Below, in pieces: positions 50,081 to 62,100 of a stretch of 64,000 nucleotides of DNA. The position numbers were made by a program, and so were the translations under genes. Origin of the DNA: Takakia lepidozioides (taxonomy: Eukaryota > Plantae > Bryophyta); NCBI GenBank assembly GCA_030704615.1, contig CM060734.1:41230001-41294000 (forward strand). Reading direction: 5' to 3'. Numbering within the stretch: position 1 is the stretch's first letter; the number at the start of each line of letters is the position of its first letter. A model generated the notes under the pieces. The model was not told the DNA's origin and searched no databases. It saw nothing but the letters and a program-made list of their open reading frames with translations.

Positions 50081-52788
50081 CCATATCCTTGCTCAGTTTG
50101 GAGAGAAGGGGGTGAGTATCAAACAGACTTTTCTCCCTCGCACGAGCCTGCTCGTGGGAGTCATCTTCAGGGGGGTCTGATTTCGAACACACACATATCC
50201 CAAACCAATGTGCACAGCATCTGTGGTGACTTTCTCATACAAACCTTATGGTGCTCGGTCCACTTTTGTTACAACAGCGAGGGTACGATTCCCTTCTTTG
50301 TCCGCCTGCTGTGACATTCGAATCGACTCGCAAGTGGGGAAGTCGACGGTTGCTGAGAGGACATTCAAAATGATGATCTCAGTGGGAGTTATGTACTTCT
50401 GTATCATGGCTGATATTTGCTCGTAGATGTTCTGGGGCTGGCCGTGAACTGGAACTCTTGTGATTCCATGCAGATCGATCATGGTTAAGTCTGGAGCGTC
50501 CGGTTTATGTATGTCCAACGATATGGGTGCGTCACGGATATCCTTTCTCGTCCCTGCAAGCACATCGGTCGCGGCATTGATGGCCTCTTCAATCAATTCC
50601 TCACAGGGAATCTCCTTTTTCACATCTCCGTATTGAATACTGATATATGCTTCGCTATCGGATTTGGAGTTTTGAAGCCTGAGAATGAGAGGCACGCGCG
50701 TTGCGATTCCTGACCTCTGGGCAAGCTAATACCGGCCAGTGACTCCAAAACACTTGATTTCCCACTGGACTGATCGCCCACAACAACGATCGTGGGCAGC
50801 TGGATGCCTTCCTCCATCACCCCGAAGTTGCGAAGCTGGTCGATTAAGTCGAGCATTGGACGCACCTGTAGATTGAAACTCGAAGCGAGTGCAGAATCTG
50901 CAGGATTCCTCACTACAAGCTGCCCTGCTAAGTTATCAGCTGAGGCAGAGTCGCTCTCTATCATGAGTAACGTACTCTTCATGGTTGAAGCTTGAAATTT
51001 GATTAAATGTAAACTATAGCTAAGTCCCTCCCGCTGTTGCCCAGGCTGATCTCCAGCTGATCGAAAACGGAACAAACAACGTCCAGTATCTGGGTAGCTG
51101 AATAGGTGCGAGAATCGATAAGAAATAGTAGTTAATAGTTTCTTAATAGCAACCCATCACTGGACGAAGACAGCTCACGATGTTGGTTACTTAATACCGG
51201 TTCAATCAATGTTCTTTCTCATGCAGTCCCAGTCTTGAAGGATCGCCGCCAAGAACTCAGCCTTGATTGATCGCCGCCACCCGTCAACCTTCACAAAACC
51301 TCTTTCTTTTCTTCCTCAATATATCATGGCCACCTTTCCAGAGCCCCGACGTGGAGCCACGACTGCCAGTTTTACTGGTATTTGGTCGACATGCTACCAT
51401 TACATGTAGGCTTTTGTGGTGGCCTTGATATTATGGATGAGAAGCTATGCTTCCAGCTAAGAAAGAAATGAAGATTGGCTTCTCATCCGTCCCCCTCAGT
51501 CGATCCCCCTTCCATACGGTCGCACCATCTTGAGCCACATGGCGCTCCACCGTTCGGCAATCCCGCTTGCCATCCGTCCGCTCACCCGAGCAGCGATCCC
51601 CCTCCTATCCATGGGCTGAGCCCCCGCGTCTCCGCTCCCCCCTCCGTTCGTCACCCTCACCACCTGACCGATCCTCCGCCACGTGTCGCTCCCGCCCCCG
51701 TCGATCCCCCTCCAGTCAACGCCGCAATGCCCCCGCGTTTCCGGTCCCCAGCCGCAATCCTCCCTTCTCTGTAGGGACTGATTCCCCGGCAAGTTTCAAA
51801 AGCTTGGGTTTTACAGGTCTATCTGTCTGCAGCTTTACTGTGAGGGCAATACTCGGGAGGTTTAGGTGGGCTCCCATTCTACGGATACTAGATAGAGACT
51901 GGTAGGTGGGTAAACTTGCAACGAACCGCCTGTGCCCCGCTGCGCTAGGACAATGTTCAGAAAAATCGAAAGTCAATCTAACATTTCTTCTTATTTAGAA
52001 TCATATAGATCTACAGGTGCTGACTCAAATATCCAATCCTTCAATGAACAAGAGTTGTTTTTGGGCTGCTTCCTCTCTTTCTTGTTACATGCTTTCCTTT
52101 GTTCCATAAGGTCTTTCAGCTCTCTGCGGAAGTTACATCAATTCAAATGTTTCGCTTAGAACTTTCTTACTGTGTGCAGTTGTTTCCCCATCAAATCATT
52201 TGAGGAATCACATTTGTCATTTTTTTTCCATGCATTCTCATCAGCTGCTGCACCATTGGGTGCAACTTTACATTCATGATTAAAAGCTGCTGCGCCTTGC
52301 TTGTCACCTCTCTATCGTTTCGGCACTTTCAGTTACCTCGGCCGTTGTTCTTCGTTCTTTCATAACTGGAGTAGTCTGTCACATGAAGGTGATTATGCAG
52401 ACTCCGTGACCTTGAAATTGGGACGTGTACTCTGTCCCAAACATGACCGAATTTATGAAGAAAGTGGAACTTTTAATGAGTTTCAACTGTATTCTCAAAA
52501 TTAACATATGTGTAGCCACACTTGAAGATGCGTAGAATTAGGAAACTTTGTGCGCCCAAGAAAGATCAGGACGGAGACCTCACTGTTGCGAAGCAAAATA
52601 TGACTTCAGCACAAAGTCCACTTATCTAGCCCATCACTGATCCGAGTTCTTGACTAAGTATTGCCTTTGAAAGCAGTCACAAACATGGGCAATACAAACA
52701 GTCACTGTGTACAGAACTTCCATCCTCGGGAGAGAGTCTGCATAATATGATCAACTTCCTTGCTACCCAACAGAAGTAGAAATTGAGC

Positions 52789-54785
52789 TCATGCCATGAA
52801 GCCTGACACAGCTTCTGCTGATTTTTCGAGCGTATCGATACTCCTCTCCAGGCGGGCTCGCTTCTGTGCGAGATGCGAGTCTTCTTGCATCAGCTCCTGC
52901 ATTTTGATACTCTCGCCGGACCATATCCTGGCCATCATCTCGTCATGGATATCTTGGACAATAGCTTTCTCCAAAGCATACCGTATCTCCAGAGGAATTT
53001 CATCAGCAAGGCGCTTTTGAACTACTTTCCAATAAGCAGCCAAGCTTGCTTTCATCCTCCACGCACCACAATACTCACGGTTCTCACAGTCTTCCTCCAT
53101 TTTTAGAATTTCTCCGTTGTCGATTTCGACTTCTCCATTGTAGCATCCACTTGTGTTGGCAGTTTCCAAAGCTGAATACATCCTGCTCAAAGTGTCCATG
53201 TAGTAATGGTTTGTGGTGAACACAATTGATTTCTCTTTCTTCAGCATCCTCTCAACAAAATCAAGTGACCTCTTCTTGGTTTGCTCCAAAATGAGAAGAG
53301 CAGACCGCTTGAAGTAGGATCCCATCTGGGGATATCCTTCACTGCATGTCTTGTCCACAGTTTGCACCACATCAGCTGCATATGCATGTGTATCGTACAC
53401 CAACTGCTTACAGCATGCAGTGATGTTATCGACCTGCCTCCCAACAAGTAGGTGCAGGACAGGGTGGGGTAAGAAATCCGGAAGACCCACACCTTTGTAC
53501 TCCGACAGAAGGTGGCTTATTTCTTTTGTGCGCTCTGTAGCCATCAAACCTGACCCTGACTTTTGAAGATCATCGGCAAGATTTCTCAAAACGTCTGAAA
53601 CTTTTCATGCATCCGAGCAGTGTAATGCATCTCATTCGCATCAGGAAAGCTTTCGAAATGTCCTTCACGTACCAGTTCGGCCAATATTTTGGTTCGCGAA
53701 TTCTGCATTTGGGCAAACACCAGTCCTGCCTCCGCGACATCTTTCATCCCTCGAGGTAAACTCTCGTACTCTTGACGACGACGGTAGAGTGCATCGTGGA
53801 TCTGTTTGATTATTTTGGGTAGGGATCCCCGGATGATGCTCACCTGAATGTGAGTCAGCCGCTTTGCCAGCATTGGAATACCGACCATATCCTTGCTCAG
53901 TCTGGAGAGAACTGGGTGATTATCAAACAGATTTTGCTCTCTCACACGAGCCTGCTCATGGGAGTCATCGTCATCAGTCCGATTTCGAACACACACATAT
54001 CCCAAACCAATGTGCACCGCATCTGTGGTGACTTTCTCATACAGACCTTCTGGTGCTCGGTCCACTTTTGTAACAACCGCGAGGGTGCGTCTCCCTTCTT
54101 TGTCCGCCTGCTGTGACATTCGAATCGACTCGCAAGTGGGGAAGTCGACGGTTGCTGAGAGGACATTCAAAATTATGGTCTCAGTGGGGGAGATGAACTT
54201 CTGTATCATGACTGAAATTTGCTCGTAGATGTCGTCAGGCTGCCCATGGACCGGAACTCTTGTGATTCCAGGCAGATCGATCATGGTTAAGTCTGGAGCG
54301 TCCGGTTTATGTATGTCCAACGATATGGGTGCGTCACGGATATCCTTTCCCGTCCCTGCAAGCACATCGGTCGCGGCATTGATGGCCTCTTCAATCAATT
54401 CCTCACAGGGAATCTCCTTTTTCACATCTCCGTATTGAATACTGATATATGCTTCGCTATCGGATTTACAGTTTTGAAGTCTGAGAATGAGAGGCACGCG
54501 CGTTGCGATTCCTTGACCTCTGGGCAAGCTAATACCGGCCAGTGACTCCAAAACACTTGATTTCCCACTGGACTGATCGCCCACAACAACGATCGTGGGC
54601 AGCTGGATGCCTTCCTCCATCACCCCGAAGTTGCGAAGCTGGTCGATTAAGTCGAGCATTGGACGCACCTGTAGATTGAAACTCGTCGCGAGTGCAGAAT
54701 CTGCAGGATTCCTCACTACAAGCTGCCCTGCTAAGTTATCAGCTGAGGCAGAGTCGCTCTCTATCGTGAGTAACGTACTCTTCAT
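52789..54785 (-). pseudogene. Mx-like dynamin-related protein (DRP4-type), copy B, split by an 11-nt insertion
   Basis: Intronless. G1 GDQSSGKS, G2 T in GIATRVP, G3 DLPG, G4 TKVD, middle domain, and GED AYWKVVQKRLADEIP. ORFs 53586-54785 (399 aa) and 52789-53589 would join into about 660 aa without the extra TGAGAAATCTT, which copy A lacks. Confidence 0.88.
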
Positions 54786-56149
54786 GGTTGAAGCTTGAAA
54801 TTTGATTAAATGTAAACTATAGGTAAGTCCCTCCCGCTGTTGCCCCTTTACCTGCTGTAGCTCAAGAACAGATACAGAAGTCTAACAGCTTGCAACCAAA
54901 GAGGATCTCTGACGCAGATTACACTTAGCACGCAAACTTCAAAGAGAGATGACTGTAACAGAAGTACTAGATATATAAGTCTCTCCCGCTCTTTCCCCTT
55001 CACCTACGCTCTCTTCGTCTAGTTCTCAAGAACAGATACGGAACAGCTTGCAACCAAAGAGGATGTCTAGAGCAGATTACAGTTAACACGCCAAACCGTA
55101 AGAGTGTAACAGCAATATTCTAGATACTTCTTCTTCTCCCTATAGTAGAAGGCACTTAAGTGTTGCTGATCTCCAGCTGATCGAAAACGGAACAAACAAC
55201 GTCCAGTATCTGGGTAGCTGAATAGGTGCGAGAATCGATAAGAAATAGTAGTTAATAGTTTCTTAATAGCAACCCATCACTGGACGAAGACAGCTCACGA
55301 TGTTGGTTACTTAATACCGGTTCAATCAATGTTCTTTCTCATGCAGTCCCAGTCTTGAAGGATCGCCGCCAAGAACTCAGCCTTGATTGATCGCCGCCAC
55401 CCGTCAACCTTCACAAAACCTCTTTCTTTTCTTCCTCAATATATCATGGCCACCTTTCCAGAGCCCCGACGTGGAGCCACGACTGCCAGTTTTACTGGTA
55501 TTTGGTCGACATGCTACCATTACATGTAGGCTTTTGTGGTGGCCTTGATATTATGGATGAGAAGCTATGCTTCCAGCTAAGAAAGAAATGAAGATTGGCT
55601 TCTCATCCGTCCCCCCTCAGTCGATCCCCCTTCCATACGGTCGCACCATCGTGAGCCACATGGCGCTCCACCGTTCGGCAATCCCGCTTGCCATCCGTCC
55701 GCTCACCCGAGCAGCGATCCCCCTCCTATCCATGGGCTGAGCCCCCGCGTCTCCGCTCCCCCTCCGTTCGTCACCCTCACCACCTGACCGATCCTCCGCC
55801 ACGTGTCGCTCCCGCCCCCGTCGATCCCCCTCCAGTCAACGCCGCAATGCCCCCCCCTCTCCGGTCCCCAGCCGCGATCCTCCTCCTCTGAAGGGACTGA
55901 TCCCCCGGCAAGTTTCAAAAGCTTGGGTTTTACAAGTCTATCTGTCTGCAGCTTTACTGTGAGGGCAATATTCGGGAGGTTTAGGTGGGCTCCCATTCAA
56001 CGGATACTAGACAGAGACTGGTAGGTGGGTAAACTTGCAACGAACCGCCTGTGCCCCGCTGCGCTAGGACAATGTTCAGAAAAATCGAAAGTCAATCTAA
56101 CATTTCTTCTTATTTAGAATCATATAGATCTACAGGTGCTGACTCAAAT

Positions 56150-59100
56150 GCCTCTCATTTTAAGATAATAGGGTCTTCAATGGGCACGTGCGATGTGGCC
56201 GGTGGGCCCCGCGCACGGACGCCCGGCTCCCCAGCACCCCGCTCCGCCCAGTCGTGGGTGCGGCTGCAGCAACCGCGCCCGCGCCCCCGTCCGCCGCGCG
56301 CCAGTCCCCCGCCCACGAGTCCGCTACCCCTCCAGTCTGCCAGTCCGCTGCTGGTCCATCCGCCAGTTTGCCCAGTCCGCTGGTCAGTCCCCTGCCATCC
56401 AGTCCGCTGACGGCAGGATCGCCACCGTCCATTCCCATAACCCATCCGAGCCCTCCATTTTTAGGGCTGCGAAAATGGCAATGATCTTCCCACCAAATCC
56501 CTGACGGCTGTTTGTTGTCCGATGTTGCGGTAGGCGTTTCCATGCACGCGACTGTTCCTCTTTTGCGCGCGATGTTCATGATGATGATGAAGCGTGTGCT
56601 TGAACATGAGAGGACTGTCTCGGCACTACAGCCACCATCGTGCATATGCTTCCACTATTTTTGCCTTCTTGTTGTGCTTTCGGAAACCTTCGTTTTATGG
56701 TTTGTTCTATGTCATAAATATGGAAAATGCGGACATCTGTCGTCGATAACGTCCTCTGCTTGTGATCCGTCATGATACGTTTAGCCCCTTCGTACTGCAT
56801 CCCTCATGAGAGCCTTCACAAGTTTAGTTCGTTAAGGAACCCATGGGTAACATGGGCGCGAAAATGGTGGAAGCGTATGCACATGGGGGCGTGTATTGCA
56901 GATTTCGTATCGGACGATCGGACTGTTTATGTGACCAAGTATAGCGGCTTGCATCCGTCGTGCATAAGTTGTGGAAAAGGGTGGAGAATCTGAAGAAACC
57001 CAGCTTTGTGATGGATCCACATGGTATTATATAAGGGATGGCAGCACAAAAAACAATTCGAGTCGTCACGGAACACCATCCAGTCGTAAGGTCCTCAAAC
57101 ATCCACACGCACCTGCTGAATGCAGATGTCTGAGCCACGACGGGAGATGTCTGAGACAATTGCATCTGCAAATGCGCGTGGATGTTTGAGGTCCGTTGTG
57201 TCGCGAGTCTGTTCACAGTGGGTCCGCTGGCCCGTCAGTGCTCCGGATATTCCCCTTATCGCGTGCATAACAGTCAGTTTGGAGGCGGTCTGCTGGAAGT
57301 CCGTCTGTTGGGATATCAGTCTGTTGCACTTGTGAATTTGTCAGTCTGTTGTGTCGAAAGTCTGTTGCACTAAGTCTTTTGACTTCTTATTTTCCCTCCG
57401 GTCAGTCTTTTGGCTTGTTCTCCCGCCAGTCTGGCGAAACGTCCGTCTGCTGGACAGTTCTCCTCTATGGATATCAGTCTGTTGGACTGTGCATGCATCA
57501 GTCTGTTGTGCCGCGAGTCTGTTCGCAATGGGTGTGTTTGACTTTCTGTTCTCCCCTTACTCTCTTTTGTCTTCATTCCGCTGGCAGGGAAGTGCCTCCA
57601 TATGAAGCCGCTTCGCCTCAGCAAAGCGAATAGTCCGCTGGACTGGCGGTCCGGTGGACTCTCGGCCGATGGGAAATGAGTCTGCTGCACTTGCGAGGAG
57701 CGTGGATGAATTTAGTACGATGCGTTCGTTCGGTGGACGTATTCAATGCGATGACGGCGGATAGTTGGCGCCTGTGAAATCGCGCCACGTTGGCAGTGCC
57801 ATGCCCGCTTTCCCCCTTCTACTTCTACTTTCTCCATTCTCTTCGCGCCTGTTTCTTCGCACAGTTTTGCACTGCTTTGTTTTCCTCTTTGCGTTTCCAT
57901 CACCGTAACGAAAGACGACCGTTCTTCCCCAGGTGTGGAGAGTCGCGGTGAGCCGCGAAGCGTCGCAAACACGCTCGCCTTCGTAACAACTCGAAGTTCA
58001 TCGGCTCGGTGAGGTTCTCACTTGCTGCGGTGTTTCCATTCCATTCTGTGTCCTCTTCTTGCTTAGGGTGAGTCTTTTCATAGGACTTCTATCTGTCGCT
58101 CTGTCGCTCATTGTCCTTGCACCTTCGTTTCATTCTGCAGCGATGGAGGATGCTTGTGAAAAGGGTGGAGCGGACTGGTTGGATTTTGTGCACCAAACCA
58201 GACTGAAGAAGGAGCGAAGGTACTGGTACTCACCAGACGAGTTTGATCATAAAATAGTGGAAGCATTTGTAGACCTCCGCGCCCGGAAGCCCAAAAACTC
58301 GAATTGGCAGAAGGACAAGCTCTTCTGTCCCTTCTGTGAAGAGGTAATCAAGGACAAAATCCAACTAAATCGGCATTGTGTTGACACGGGTTGCAAGGAG
58401 ACTGTTGCAATGATTCCCACGGGATTTCAAGCCTTGGCCGATACTGAAAGAAATGTCGATTGTCAAAGAGGCCACAATGCGCTTGCGCGGATCAGTGCTT
58501 GACCCCCGCACTTTGGAATTAGACGAAGTGCGCGCACGGTATGGCGTCCATTGTGGTGGCCCGTCAATGGAGGATTTGCAAGTGCAGGGAACGCCGGACG
58601 CTCCCAGAAAACGTAAACTGAGTGATGGGGCCCAAAAAAAGGCAAAAAAGGAGAAGGCTGCAAGGTCTGCTCGCGAGGCAAGGGCAAAATCCACGCAACA
58701 GACTGAACCCCGTCCTGGGCGGCAGACCCACACCATCAGTACTGATACTGAAAGTGAATCTGCTCAGGGCCTGGAAGGGGTGACAAGTCCAGTGGACATT
58801 GACTTGCCTGACCAGACTCGGCAGCAGACTCACACAAATATCGCGACCCATGCCATCGGTTTAGGTCAAAACCAAAAACTCAACAGAGCACTGAAGGGCC
58901 AGTCTGCCCTGGCACATTGCGCCTCGTTGACTTTGGGCTTTTCCCACCAGAGTGCCCACCAATTGGGGATCCAGACTTCTTCCGTTATTTCTACAGAGTT
59001 GCCCAGTCAGGTCTGCTACGCACATTCATCCGACAGGCGGAACAGAACTGGTTGAACAGCTTTGAAGATGAAGATGACGATGATGAAGTAGAGGAGGTAA

Positions 59101-62100
59101 TGGTCAGTCTGACCGCCCAGTCTGTTCTGTGCTGTTTGAGTCCATCATCGGGGTCACGTTGCCTATTCAGTCTGGTCAGTCCGCTGCGTTCTCTCCTCAG
59201 TCCGCTGGCTCACTCCGCTCGTCAGTTAGTCTGTTTTATATCGCTGCATTACTTACTGAGTCCGTTTGTCAGTCCACTGGTATAGTCTACTAGTTGCCTC
59301 CACCCTACGTACGCACGTTACAGTCTGCTGGTCTGTGAGTCCAGTCCGCTGCATGAGGTGAATATAGAGTCCACGTCCATGTTCCTGACGTCGAAGTTCT
59401 CTGCCGTGTACCAGGATGAACGTGTTTCTATTCGTAGGGCCATTCAGGCTTGGCGGATACCTAGCAATGATGCTCTTTTACAAGCGACTGCAGTGCGTGC
59501 GGAAGTGGACCGCGTGCGAGAGTACATATTATTGAAGTATCCTGGGTCATCTGCTGCTATAGCGGCATTACATATTCAAGACGCGTCGGGGGGGGGGGGA
59601 ATGCGTCTGGGACAGCCGAGTCTGCCATCCAGCAGACTCCCATTCAGCAGGCCGTCATCCAGCAGACTCCGTTCAGCAGCCTGTCATCCAGCAGACTCCA
59701 ACGAGCAGACTCCCAACGAGCAGCCTGTCATCCTGCAGACTCCTCTCCAGGAGCCCATCATGCAGCCCATGCCAATGGGAAGTCCTGTCATCCAACACTG
59801 CGGACCAGACTGACCAGCAGACTGCCTTTCTCTCATAGCACGGCGTTTTTTGCAGTTTGGCGATCGCCATCACCGGTAATTCGACCCGGAGCTGAAGACC
59901 TCACACTTCCCCGGCTTAGGTGGGAGAAATTAATCCCCATTTGGATTGGCATAATGAGCTCCACCGGATTGTTGCGGACCGCCGGTGGTCATTTGTACCC
60001 TTTCATTATTCCATGGAGTTTTCTATTGAGGAAGCCAACCATGTTCTAGAAGCCGCCTCTGCTGTTGCCATTGAAGCCACAAGCGACCAAAATGCGCTTC
60101 TACTTGTGCAGCTGATTCTCATGGATGACCCACGGCCTGAAGACCTCAGACATATGCCTATGGCACATCCAACCTTTGGGGTGCGAAGAAAGCACTTGTT
60201 CGGATTGACTGAGGAGGACTTTGAGCGCATGGCAGCTTCCTTCCTACAACACAGATGGATGCAATTTGGCAATTTCGCTCATACAACAAGTTGATGAAGG
60301 ATCTGCATAGTTTGGATGGACTTACTCCATGGAACAGACCATTCACAGAAGTTTGTGGTGGATGACGCATTGCACTGGTTTGCATTGGTGATGGAGCGAG
60401 CAGTATTCGACATTGTTTTGCAGAATCCCAATGTCTTCAAAGTCCTGTGGTGTGGGATCCCAACTGAAGACCGCATCGGCGCCATTGCTCATCTCGATGG
60501 AGCATGCCTGTGCCGGCAAATCAAGGACATTGGCCTCGTCGGAAATCTCTTGGAAGGTAAAATGTTATGGGCAACTTTCGTGTTTTCAGCTCAATTTCTT
60601 TTTGCCAACTTTTTTACAAGTTCACATTTGCATAAACATGTGTTGCAGGGCGAGTTGATCTGGGAGACAAGCAAGTGCAGGCTGCTTTCGACTCTTTTGC
60701 CAGAGGTGCAAGGGACCTTGTCCTGGCTTTACAAGGAGTTCGGGAGACTGTCCAGCAGACTGGCCACAAGAATGTCGAACAACATATTCCCACGACACAT
60801 GTGGGCAGACTGCCCAAGTGCTGGAGACCGAGCATGTGCACCAGACCGTCCCGGGTAATAGGCCGGATCACTCCCAGCAGACTGCCCCGCACACACATAC
60901 TCAGTATGTGCAAACAGTACTGAGCGGGCAGCGAACTTTGCAGACTTTGCAGCAGACCGGAGAACAGACCGGCCAACAGACTGCCCCTCAGCCGACTGTG
61001 CAGCAGACCAGCGAACATGGCCACCAGACTGCCCCTCAGCAACTGTACAGCAGACCGACCGACGAATCCAGCCAGCAGATTGCCCCTCAGCAGACCGTGC
61101 AGCAGACCGACGAATCCAGCCCTCAGCAGAAGCACACTGGCAACCCACTCAGCAGATGGCCGAGCAGACTATCCAGGAGACTAACAGCCAGTCTGTTCCC
61201 TGGATTGTGCAACAGACTCGGATGCACTGGCCTCACCGGGACCCTGTGGACGAATTTCTGCTGAGTTCCCAACAACATGTTTTTGGATCTGCCAGTATGA
61301 GTGTTTTGACCGAGTCCACTTTTCCCCCAGGCACATTCACTGACGACGTCATCAGGTCACCGGTAAAGCATTCTTATCCAGCTCCCCGTGGCCTGCCTTC
61401 TATGACCTTCCAGGTTAGTCCGTTTTCGTGCGCTCAGTGGCGAAAGCCATAGATGAGTCTTACGTGATGACCGAACTCAATCTGGGAACGCAAAACCGTA
61501 TCATAGATCTTACAGAAGAGTCTGAGGAAGCAATTGCCGGTGGGTCTTCCATACATGTTCTTGATGTTTCCCAAGTCCATGGAGATCCGAACACCCAGCC
61601 GGCTGTCCACCAGACTGACCAGCACACTGAACAGTGGACACATGGAAGGACTGCCGAGCAACCTGTGGCGGGGCAGCATACTGTCTTCATTGATGAGCAG
61701 ACTGAACCGCAGACTAACCAGCAGACTGCACAGGTCACAGATGGAAGGACTGACCAGGATGGCTCGGAGCGGCAGACTGCACAGTTCAGATTGCACGGCC
61801 TGACCAGCACACTGCACACTTCACAGAGGGAAGGACTGACGACCAACCTGCCACCGAGCACATTGCCCACATTGAGGAAGAGACTGAACCGCAGAGTTGC
61901 CAGCAGACTGCACAGTTCACAGACGAAAGGACTGACGAAGAACCGGCGGCCGAGCAGACTGCCCACATTGAGCAACAGACTGAACATGCTGGCAGGCACA
62001 CTGACAAGGAACCACATGCGGCGCAGACACCGTCTGGTATAGCGCTGGATTACATGGAGTCTGCTCCCTCACCCCTTGGGCAGGTTGTGCCATTTCCTCT

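Larger units (their letters stand above)
32886..50982 (-). pseudogene. Mx-like dynamin-related protein (DRP4-type), copy A, disrupted
   Basis: Three pieces (50081-50982, 44912-45395, 32886-33489) are colinear with copy B. Lesions: two Copia insertions, a 1-bp deletion at about 50710, DLPG changed to DLHG, and in-frame stops at about 50247 and 45214. Confidence 0.92.
31520..56149. repeat. Tandem segmental duplication carrying Mx-like dynamin genes
   Basis: Segment X (GCAGCTTTA.TGT.AGGGCAATA...AGGTTTAGGTGGGC) occurs at about 31520, 51820 and 55940. Segment Y (TTCAATGAACAAGAGTTGTTTTTGGGCTGCT) occurs at about 31743 and 52040. 51047-52030 is nearly identical to 55164-56149. Confidence 0.85.

Noticed and set aside
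51475-51792. Proline-rich (extensin-like) ORFs, also at 55617-55996 and 56051-56645
   Set aside because: GC-rich low-complexity DNA open in many frames. The two near-identical copies differ by frame-breaking indels.
53575-53600. Small intron rescuing the copy-B reading frame
   Set aside because: The 11-nt insert has no GT-AG ends and is far below spliceosomal intron size.
60614-62017. Long antisense ORFs over the Q/T-rich tract
   Set aside because: Shadow frames of a repetitive plus-strand sequence lacking stop codons.
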